Positions 45,274 through 52,898 of a DNA stretch of 52,898 nt are shown piece by piece (the stretch's first letter is position 1; each line of letters opens with the position of its first letter). The notes under the pieces were generated by a model, which did not search any database, was not told the DNA's origin, and saw nothing but the letters and a program-made list of their open reading frames with translations. The stretch is taken from IMG/VR virus record IMGVR_UViG_3300020468_000009, positions 1 to 52,898 of that record. One strand, given 5' to 3'. The translations under genes were made by a program, and so were the position numbers. Source of the stretch: a virus. Its lineage: Duplodnaviria; Caudoviricetes.

Positions 45274-45771
45274 CTAATCGCCTAAATCTTGTCCTTGTAA
45301 TGCATCTTCATCAGCTTGTGTCCATTGAACAAATTCCCAACCTGTTGTATTGTCTGCTTGATATGCTGTTTCATTCCATCTATGTAGCCATATTTCATCA
45401 GCAGGTTTACTTGTAATATAATCAGGTTGTGCTGCTGCATCATTTGGGTCTATGTCTGCTAATGGATGAGGTAATGGAGCTACATATTCGTTCTTTGTAT
45501 CATCCCAAGTCCAACTATCAAATGGTTTTGGTTCTTGAAATTTATCAAGAGAGCTATCATAAGTTCCACCAATGTGTGCAAAGTTACCTCTTATATTGCT
45601 GTTATAAGATGTTTGAACCCATGTGCCTTCTAGTTTTAAAACATTAGCTATATAGTCTAAACCAAGTTGTTCTGTATCTGTACCTGTAGATTCAGGGTCT
45701 GTAATATCATTTGAAATAACAATAACTTGTTCTACTGTATTGTCATCTGCTATTTTTGCAAAGTGTGCCAT
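45274..45771 (-). CDS. Tail-fibre-associated protein (second copy)
   Basis: Identical translation to 4091..4588. Confidence 0.65.
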   Translation of the reverse strand: MAHFAKIADDNTVEQVIVISNDITDPESTGTDTEQLGLDYIANVLKLEGTWVQTSYNSNIRGNFAHIGGTYDSSLDKFQEPKPFDSWTWDDTKNEYVAPLPHPLADIDPNDAAAQPDYITSKPADEIWLHRWNETAYQADNTTGWEFVQWTQADEDALQGQDLGD

Positions 45772-46667
45772 TAGAAAGTAATACTTCCTGTCCCATTAAA
45801 TTGATATATATTATTGCTACCACTTGTTGATGTTATTGGAGAACCAGTAGTTGCTGCTGCTGTAGCTGTAGTGCTTAGGATAATTGTTCCTGAACCTCCG
45901 CCACCACCGTTAAAAGTTTGTCCATGGTTTCCGTGACCTCCGCCACCTCCGCCACCGCCAAGGTTTCCAGAGCCGCCTCCACCGCCGCCGCCTTTACCGC
46001 CGCCGCCGCCTCCACCAGAGCCACCGCCACCGCCGTGTTGTTCTCCTCCTGCATAGATACGATAGTAAGCACCGCCACCACCGCCTCCAGCACGAGTTAC
46101 AGCAGAACCAGTAATTGATGATGAAGCACCTGAGCCACCTGCTCCTCTGTTTTGACCAGAAGCATTGCCACCTGTTGCCCCTGCTCCACCACCACCAGAG
46201 TTACCTCCGCTATTTCCTTCAGCAGGAGAGTAACCTCCAGAGTTTCCTGCTTTGCTTGTGCCACCGCCTGAACCTCCTGTAGCATTAGAACCGCCACCAC
46301 CTGTAGCGTTAATTAAAATATTTCCTGAAGTTGTTTCTGCAATTCGTGAAAACCCACCATTAGCACCAGTTGTTCCGTGACCTGCACCTGAACCACCACT
46401 GCCACCTGCACCAATTGTCATTGTGTATTCAACACCTTGTATAAAACCTACTGTCCCTGTTCGGTATCCACCTCCACCACCGCCACTAGCAGTAGAGCCT
46501 CCTCCTCCACCACCGCCACCTAAGACAAGAAAATCAACTGAAACTTTACCACCCCAGTTGTTATCTTCTGTTAGGTTAGTGATGTCATCTAATCCGAACA
46601 CACCTTGAAGTGCAGCAGTATCATCTGCTACATTTCCTATAAATCCATATTTTTTTCTTTCTACCAT
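45771..46667 (-). CDS. Glycine-rich tail fibre protein (second copy)
   Basis: Identical translation to 4588..5484. Confidence 0.75.
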   Translation of the reverse strand: MVERKKYGFIGNVADDTAALQGVFGLDDITNLTEDNNWGGKVSVDFLVLGGGGGGGGSTASGGGGGGYRTGTVGFIQGVEYTMTIGAGGSGGSGAGHGTTGANGGFSRIAETTSGNILINATGGGGSNATGGSGGGTSKAGNSGGYSPAEGNSGGNSGGGGAGATGGNASGQNRGAGGSGASSSITGSAVTRAGGGGGGAYYRIYAGGEQHGGGGGSGGGGGGGKGGGGGGGSGNLGGGGGGGGHGNHGQTFNGGGGGSGTIILSTTATAAATTGSPITSTSGSNNIYQFNGTGSITF

Positions 46668-46686
46668 TTAAAAAAAAACTCCTTGT

Positions 46687-47013
46687 TTAGACGTCTATTT
46701 CAAGAACGCTGAGTGTCATTTCTAAATCTGATGCTGCACCTGCCCAGGACCTAAGTTCATCAGCAGCTTCTAGTACTAGCTTTCCTCCAATAGGATTTAT
46801 TGCAGTCTTTGCTGGTACTGATAATGCTGAAACTAGAGCTGAGACAACTGAACCATCATTCATGTCAACGTTTAAATCTGCAGCATTTGTACCGTCTACG
46901 TTAGCAACTTGACAATGAATAACCACTGCGATTTTGCTAGCTGGACAGGTATAAACTACTGCATCTGCACTATTACCTAGTGCTGTGTTAACTGTTTGAA
47001 ACGCTTCTGCCAT
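46687..47013 (-). CDS. Small virion structural protein (second copy)
   Basis: Identical translation to 5504..5830. Confidence 0.6.
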   Translation of the reverse strand: MAEAFQTVNTALGNSADAVVYTCPASKIAVVIHCQVANVDGTNAADLNVDMNDGSVVSALVSALSVPAKTAINPIGGKLVLEAADELRSWAGAASDLEMTLSVLEIDV

Positions 47014-47039
47014 AATTTATCTCCAATATAATTAATTAA

Positions 47040-47246
47040 TTAACTATCTCCCAATACTATAGCACGACTTTGTGTCGCAGTCACGCTTGTTACCGAAAGA
47101 CTTTCGTAAGTTAATCTGAGGGCTAGGGATATACCTGCTCCTCCTGCTTCATTTAAAGTTAAATCTAAATCTTCATCTAACTTTGTATTTCCTTTAGCCT
47201 CTAAGACTAAATCGCCACCTTCTTTAAGCATCATGAGCATACTCAT
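47040..47246 (-). CDS. Hypothetical protein (second copy)
   Basis: Identical translation to 5857..6063. Confidence 0.6.
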   Translation of the reverse strand: MSMLMMLKEGGDLVLEAKGNTKLDEDLDLTLNEAGGAGISLALRLTYESLSVTSVTATQSRAIVLGDS

Positions 47247-47247
47247 A

Positions 47248-48150
47248 TTATCCTCCTAACGCCAAGACCATACCTAATGTTGTACCTGCACCTGGGTACA
47301 ATGTAATCTCACCTTGTCCACCCATTCCTGAGTGTCCACCTGTAGAGCAGTAGTAATATAATTTAGAAGTTGCTCCTGCTATACCTAAAGTTTCAGGTGT
47401 AATTTCTATTTGATGATAAGCATTAGCACTTCCAGGACTACCACTTGATGTTACATTAGTTGTAAACTCTGAACCTCCACCATGAGTACCATCTCTTGTT
47501 ACAGAAAATTTAAAGTTATGTCCTGATAAAGATGAGTCTGCTAAATCAAATTTGTATTTAAAACCTAATTGAAGTATAAAATTAGCTGACCTTGTACCTG
47601 CACCTGAATCAGTACCTGATAAAAAGTAAAATACATTTTGACTACCTGAGCCATCATCTGCTACTTTTACTGTAATAACAATTGTCTGTGATGCAGTACC
47701 TGCGGTGATACCATCTATCTGTGCTTGAATATTAGAACTTGCATTATCTAGATATTGAAACTCTGTATTACTTATGCTTCCATCACCAATAATTGTTGCA
47801 GCTATTGCTGAAGGACCAGCATCAATTCTGTCGTGAATATCTTCAAACATTTCTTTTACAACTGCCATACGAACTACAGTTCCATCTGCATGTGTAGGGT
47901 CAGAAGTATGTCTAGTTTCTACATCTCTAGTAATTGCAGATAAAGTTGTACCTGATGCACCAGTTACTAATATAACTTCTCTGTTTGATGCACTGTCAGG
48001 GTCTAATACTAAATAATATGGTGCTGCTATGTTTGATGTTCCATTTGATGTAGGTGCAGCAGTCAAAGTTGCTGATGAGCTACCTGATGCTAATACACCA
48101 TTTAATGTTGTTTCAAAAAAGTTTGCAAATTTTACTTCTTGTGCAGTCAC
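47248..48150 (-). CDS. Tail fibre/appendage protein (second copy)
   Basis: Identical translation to 6065..6967. Confidence 0.6.
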   Translation of the reverse strand: MTAQEVKFANFFETTLNGVLASGSSSATLTAAPTSNGTSNIAAPYYLVLDPDSASNREVILVTGASGTTLSAITRDVETRHTSDPTHADGTVVRMAVVKEMFEDIHDRIDAGPSAIAATIIGDGSISNTEFQYLDNASSNIQAQIDGITAGTASQTIVITVKVADDGSGSQNVFYFLSGTDSGAGTRSANFILQLGFKYKFDLADSSLSGHNFKFSVTRDGTHGGGSEFTTNVTSSGSPGSANAYHQIEITPETLGIAGATSKLYYYCSTGGHSGMGGQGEITLYPGAGTTLGMVLALGG

Positions 48151-50085
48151 TTAAGCTCCAAATTTCATAAATCCTAATGCGTTGATACCAAACACTTCTG
48201 CAGAAGTTACATCAGTAACAACATTCTGTCTCGTTCCACGCACTGTAAGTATAGCATATTGAACTACACTTCCTACTTCTGTATTAGATTGTACAGGATA
48301 GCTTATACTTTCTACAACACCTCTAATAATTTCATTAGGGTCAAAGATTTCAAGGGTAACAGCATCACCTTCTTTATCTCTTAATGCATTGTACAAAGTA
48401 TCTCCTAAACCTTTAACTTTAACTGGTTTTCTATTTGGTCTATTTACTCTGTCTGATATATTTATTGGTATTCTTGCTACAACTAATTCTGGTCTTGCTA
48501 ATGCTCGAAACTGTACAGATTTTACTTTAGGTGTATTAGCAGTATTAGAAGTTTTTAAAGTTATCTTACCTACTAAATATCTTGATACTTTTTCAATCTG
48601 AACTTCGTTGTCACCAGTACCTGTAGTTTGTGTTATAACATTATCAAAAGAACTATCTCCTGAGTTGTTTAATGATTCAAACTTTGTAGATACATCTATT
48701 TCAACACTTGTACCAGCAGTTAACAATTCTGTTGATACTTCTGCACCAACAAACTGTTTATTTTCTGCTGTAAAGAAATCTACTGCAGGTAACAATAAAA
48801 AACCTTCAGATTCAAATACAGATGTTTGTGCAAATAAACCTGAGCCAGAAACTACAAAAGAAAACTTTTCATTTAATTTACATATTCCTGTAACTAATCC
48901 ACCTGCTGCAGCTTTATAATATCTAGCAATACCAGCAGAAGGTAAATAGTATCTCCATAAAAAACTTGTTGAAGCAGATTCTTTTATACCTGTGTAAACA
49001 GAGTCTCTTGTTGCATATATTTTTTTTGGTGAAGCATCTATGTTATCAATATCCCATTCTTTTATTAATTGATTTTCTCCAAGAACATATAAGTCATCTG
49101 CTGTTTGTAAATTTGCTCTATATAATCTACCTATTTTTTTTGCTGTAGTTTGGTCTTCTCTAGTTCCATAAAATACAATTCCATTTGATTCTGCAATACA
49201 AGTAGGAATTTCATTAGTAATTTCTGTTTGTCCTTTTAGTGTAAAAGAGCCAGATACATCTTTAAAAGAATATATTCTTCCATCTGTGGCTGTAGCTAAT
49301 ACAACAGCACCAGCATCAACTACATCTGTCCAAGTTTCACCAGATGCTAAAGTAACTAATACTGAACTTACAGTTGTAGCACCATCATATTCATAAATGC
49401 CTGTACCTGCAGATACTAAAAACTTTCCTTTAACTGACCATATACCATCAAATTGATGTGCTGTTGACTTTTGTGTAGAAGTACCTGAAGAATTTAACGT
49501 TTCTATTTCTCCTGCAGAAGAACCGTTATTAGCAACCATATACAATAAATCTCCATGTGCAGCCATACCTTTAATTTGTTGACCACCAGTAATTCCATGA
49601 GATTGTGCTGAATAGGTTTCACCACCATCATCTGATTTATATAATGTTGCATCATCTGAAACGTATATAGTAGTTCCTACTTGTGCAAGGTAGTTATCAG
49701 CATCACTTGATGAAAGACTTCTTAAATTTGTAGTTGTGTTTAGTAATGATATATTGTAAGAATTACCTAAGTCTTTTCCAAATACATCAACACCTGAACT
49801 ATCCCAGAATCTTATTGTATCTTTTTCTGTACCGTCTCTTCTATGAGCACTATCTAAATTAGAACCACCACTAAAATCATTTCTTGAAAATACTCTACCT
49901 AAGTTTGATGTAAAGTCTTCTGCATTCTGTCTAACATTTACTTGTCCACCTTCAACATCTGAAGATTGAATAGTCATATCTCTTCCAGGTCCTACAGCAG
50001 CTCTTAATAACATATCGTCTAGTTTTATGTCATATCCATATCTTTTTGGATTACTTATGTTTATTGTTGTTGCTACTCTAGGCAT
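48151..50085 (-). CDS. Putative tail nozzle protein (second copy)
   Basis: Identical translation to 6968..8902. Confidence 0.55.
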   Translation of the reverse strand: MPRVATTINISNPKRYGYDIKLDDMLLRAAVGPGRDMTIQSSDVEGGQVNVRQNAEDFTSNLGRVFSRNDFSGGSNLDSAHRRDGTEKDTIRFWDSSGVDVFGKDLGNSYNISLLNTTTNLRSLSSSDADNYLAQVGTTIYVSDDATLYKSDDGGETYSAQSHGITGGQQIKGMAAHGDLLYMVANNGSSAGEIETLNSSGTSTQKSTAHQFDGIWSVKGKFLVSAGTGIYEYDGATTVSSVLVTLASGETWTDVVDAGAVVLATATDGRIYSFKDVSGSFTLKGQTEITNEIPTCIAESNGIVFYGTREDQTTAKKIGRLYRANLQTADDLYVLGENQLIKEWDIDNIDASPKKIYATRDSVYTGIKESASTSFLWRYYLPSAGIARYYKAAAGGLVTGICKLNEKFSFVVSGSGLFAQTSVFESEGFLLLPAVDFFTAENKQFVGAEVSTELLTAGTSVEIDVSTKFESLNNSGDSSFDNVITQTTGTGDNEVQIEKVSRYLVGKITLKTSNTANTPKVKSVQFRALARPELVVARIPINISDRVNRPNRKPVKVKGLGDTLYNALRDKEGDAVTLEIFDPNEIIRGVVESISYPVQSNTEVGSVVQYAILTVRGTRQNVVTDVTSAEVFGINALGFMKFGA

Positions 50086-51067
50086 AAGTAATTTTATTTA
50101 AGGCAACTGGTTCTGGATATCTAGCTCTTAAATCTTTCCTTGATTGTTCTATTAAATCACTTTGATATCTTAGTAATGATGTTCTTATGTTAGCTGCAGA
50201 GTTTACTGGAAATGTTGATGTAGCTAATTGGTCAGATATATAATCTGCAGTTGCAGTAGGAATATCACGTCCAGCTATAAGTTGTGCTGCTACGCCTGCC
50301 ATAATTATAGGTTCATATTCATTTTCTAATCCTATTGTTGCTAGAGTATCTGCTTCAGCTGTTGGCTCTATAAATTTCTTTTTAAATGTAACAAAAACTG
50401 TATGACCTGATGATACTCCATATACTTGTAAAGCATTTACTTTATTAGGTCCATTATTACTGTATGTTATAGTTTGTGAATTACCATCAGAATCTGTATA
50501 AGTAAATGGGTTTGGTAAATCAACAAGCTCAACAGCAACACCTTGATATACAATTCCTGTTTCATCAGAACCTGCAGAAAAATCTGTCATTTGTGATATA
50601 GCACTAATCGGTGCTACTAAATAATTATCATTAGTTCCACCTAAAGGAATATACCCAACTTTAGCTGATACTGATTTAGTTTCTACTGCAAATAATGTTG
50701 GATATAAATTTTTAATTTGGTCACAAACTGCATCAAAAACATTCTTTCTTGGAAAAGGTGGTGCTATTTTAATAATGTCTCCTGCTGTATGTGCTACTGC
50801 AGTAGTTCCTTTTGCACCTCTTTTAACAGTTATAGTATTTGTAACTGAATTTAAATCAGTACATATCATAAGTTCTTGATTTATTTCTACTACTGTACCC
50901 TTATCTAATGCGTCCTCTTCTTCAATAGATAACATATCTCCATCGAATACAATACTTGAAATTGAATCATTGACACCTGTAGACAATGTTGTATAACTTA
51001 CTAAATCGTCCATAGGTTCTAGATACTCTCTAAAGGTTCTATCTACGAGATTACCAATATTAGCCAT
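50078..51067 (-). CDS. Putative head-tail adaptor (second copy)
   Basis: Identical translation to 8895..9884. Confidence 0.55.
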   Translation of the reverse strand: MANIGNLVDRTFREYLEPMDDLVSYTTLSTGVNDSISSIVFDGDMLSIEEEDALDKGTVVEINQELMICTDLNSVTNTITVKRGAKGTTAVAHTAGDIIKIAPPFPRKNVFDAVCDQIKNLYPTLFAVETKSVSAKVGYIPLGGTNDNYLVAPISAISQMTDFSAGSDETGIVYQGVAVELVDLPNPFTYTDSDGNSQTITYSNNGPNKVNALQVYGVSSGHTVFVTFKKKFIEPTAEADTLATIGLENEYEPIIMAGVAAQLIAGRDIPTATADYISDQLATSTFPVNSAANIRTSLLRYQSDLIEQSRKDLRARYPEPVALNKITYA

Positions 51068-51075
51068 TGGTTCTC

Positions 51076-51408
51076 CTAACTATGTCTAAAGTGTAATGTT
51101 AAACTTCTATCTGCTGCTTCATTTCCGTCAGATGTAATTCTAATGTAACCATTGCTAGCAAAAGCCCAACCTGATGGGTCAACTCTTAAAATGTCTCCAG
51201 CTGAAACTGTATAAGTTACATCAGTTCCATCTGTTTCTTTTACATCAACCCAAGTGCTATTGTCCATTGCGAAGTCAAATGAAATATTAGAACCTGTCAT
51301 TGCTGCTGGAAATTGTATACCACAAAGTAACATTCCTTCAGTTTGTACTCCAAGAGAGTTGCTGTTATCTGCAGAAATATCTATTAAACATGTTTTTGAT
51401 TTAATCAT
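51076..51408 (-). CDS. Small beta-rich virion protein (second copy)
   Basis: Identical translation to 9893..10225. Confidence 0.55.
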   Translation of the reverse strand: MIKSKTCLIDISADNSNSLGVQTEGMLLCGIQFPAAMTGSNISFDFAMDNSTWVDVKETDGTDVTYTVSAGDILRVDPSGWAFASNGYIRITSDGNEAADRSLTLHFRHS

Positions 51409-51426
51409 ATCTTCCTTACTATAGCA

Positions 51427-51457
51427 GAAGAAAAGGGTGGAGGTGGAGTTCCACCCT
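51427..51457 (-). terminator. Terminator after capsid gene (second copy)
   Basis: Same hairpin as 10244..10274. Confidence 0.7.
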
Positions 51458-51473
51458 AATCTTCAATATTAAA

Positions 51474-52592
51474 TTATGCTACTGCTTGAATTTTGCAGTG
51501 ATATGAAGGAGGTCCGAACTCGAATCCCATCTCCATATAAATTGCTTTTCCAATTCTAGCGTTTGCATCTTGGTCAATGTCACGTACGAACACAGTTCCA
51601 TATCCAGGGATATTGGTAAATACTGGTTGTACATAAGCTAAGTCTAAGATGAAAGCAGTTCCTGTTGGTATAATATCAGGGTCAATAACCATCAATCCGA
51701 TTGAACCGAATGGTGTAATGACTGTATCAATGTCAACTCCTGCAACATTTCTATCTCTAGGAATAATTGCACCTGCTATATCAACTGTACCTTTAACAAG
51801 TTCATTGTTAAGGTCTAGTAATTGTTTTGGACTAACAGCAAGAACAGGTTGTGTCATTGGTGCATGGTTGTCATACATTCTCTTTAACGCACCTGAAATG
51901 GTGGCGAAAGAGATGACTTGTGCTGAACCAGTTCCGTCACCTGAAGAGTCATTGTAGAAACAGTTACCGCCTAATGGGTTAACTGCTGCTGAGTTGTCTG
52001 CGTTCTTGCCTATGGAAATCCATACGTCAAGACCGTACATTTCTCTAGTTCCTGACCCAGGTGTTACGTTAGCACCATCTGAGAAAGAACCATTGAATGC
52101 AAACCACTCAACTTCTCTAGCTACTTTTTCCAATGCTTTTTCCATTTGGAAAGCAAACTCATCTGCCACTGGGCTACCACCAAACAAACCTAATTTATCA
52201 CCAGCAGTTGTTGTTCCGTCTCCATCAGAGGCGTTTGCAATGTTTGCTGACAAGTCAAAAGGATTTTGATTTTGGGTAGATGCTAAAGCGGTATATGTCA
52301 TTTGTACACCTTTGTGGAAAATCTGAGTTACATATGTGTATGCAGCTCTGTCTCTTCCAAGGTATTCAGTAGGACTAGCACCTTCTTGAGCTTTAGTTGG
52401 TTCAGATGAAATGGTTGCATTATCTTCTACTTGGACTTGCCAAAATGTAGAGTTTAATGTTTTACCTCCATTTAAACCACCTGCTGCTGTAAGTAAAGGT
52501 GTCCTTTGACCACCGACTTTAAACAATTCACCAGCGAAGTTATTAATGTTTTGTGCATAAATCGTATTGTTTGTTAACGATATGTCTGCCAT
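51474..52592 (-). CDS. Major capsid protein, second allele
   Basis: C-terminal ~210 aa identical to 10291..11418; N-terminal part divergent (MADISLTNNT vs MPAIQGGSLTNNS). Confidence 0.85.
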   Translation of the reverse strand: MADISLTNNTIYAQNINNFAGELFKVGGQRTPLLTAAGGLNGGKTLNSTFWQVQVEDNATISSEPTKAQEGASPTEYLGRDRAAYTYVTQIFHKGVQMTYTALASTQNQNPFDLSANIANASDGDGTTTAGDKLGLFGGSPVADEFAFQMEKALEKVAREVEWFAFNGSFSDGANVTPGSGTREMYGLDVWISIGKNADNSAAVNPLGGNCFYNDSSGDGTGSAQVISFATISGALKRMYDNHAPMTQPVLAVSPKQLLDLNNELVKGTVDIAGAIIPRDRNVAGVDIDTVITPFGSIGLMVIDPDIIPTGTAFILDLAYVQPVFTNIPGYGTVFVRDIDQDANARIGKAIYMEMGFEFGPPSYHCKIQAVA

Positions 52593-52616
52593 TTTTATCT
52601 TCTCCTATTTAAATTG

Positions 52617-52898
52617 TTATTTTTTTTCGTCTTTTATAGAGTCCATCATACGCAATTTAGCGTTAATGGTATCTCTTGGTCTTTGGTTGGAATCTGTAAC
52701 GAATTTGGCGAACTCTTGTGATATATCAACAGGTTCAGCATTTACACCAATTTGATTCAAAGTCTCAACACGTGATTGAGCGTCTACTACATTTTGAGTC
52801 ATATCAGCAGGAGTTGAACTAGGTTGTGTGGAACTACTAACTTCTCCAAACTCTTGAGTTACAAAATCCTGTATGGACTCTACATTCATATCACCTGT
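52617..52898 (-). CDS. Scaffolding protein, divergent allele (5' end outside the window)
   Basis: NVVDAQSRVETLNQIGVNAEPVDISQEF...RDTINAKLRMMD aligns with 11442..11924. Confidence 0.75.
   Translation of the reverse strand, partial: TGDMNVESIQDFVTQEFGEVSSSTQPSSTPADMTQNVVDAQSRVETLNQIGVNAEPVDISQEFAKFVTDSNQRPRDTINAKLRMMDSIKDEKK

Larger units (their letters stand above)
42566..52100. repeat. ~9.5 kb direct repeat, copy 2
   Basis: As for copy 1. Confidence 0.9.

Overview
The window holds a low-GC tailed bacteriophage genome of podovirus-like architecture with a period of 41,183 bp. The last ~11.7 kb (about 41.2-52.9 kb) repeats the first ~11.7 kb: a ~9.5 kb core looks identical by eye, but both flanks are divergent alleles, so two related genotypes appear joined. 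The minus-strand arm runs from a PD-(D/E)xK nuclease and a cluster of tiny basic proteins through terminase, portal, five putative internal virion proteins, scaffold, major capsid, tail adaptor/nozzle, tail fibres, four DUF6065-like paralogs and a large acidic secreted protein, to a DUF5675 enzyme and a holin. The plus-strand early arm (30.6-38.9 kb) has Zn-finger proteins, a MoxR/CobS-like AAA+ ATPase with a VWA partner, a metallophosphoesterase and a putative ssDNA-annealing protein. I recognised no polymerase, primase, helicase or integrase. Leaderless promoters, the r1t-type holin and gene content suggest a low-GC actinobacterial host (inference). The most striking unexplained signals are non-coding: (1) a tandem array of five long RNA hairpins at 31835-32230, each with an anti-Shine-Dalgarno tract and one matching the phage's own early-gene RBSs; (2) a ~320-nt structured RNA at 29790-30111 with a segment complementary to the translation-initiation region of the adjacent nuclease gene; (3) terminator loops that are also anti-RBS. 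Together they suggest a phage antisense-RNA translational control system. All family names come from motif recognition by eye, not database searches.
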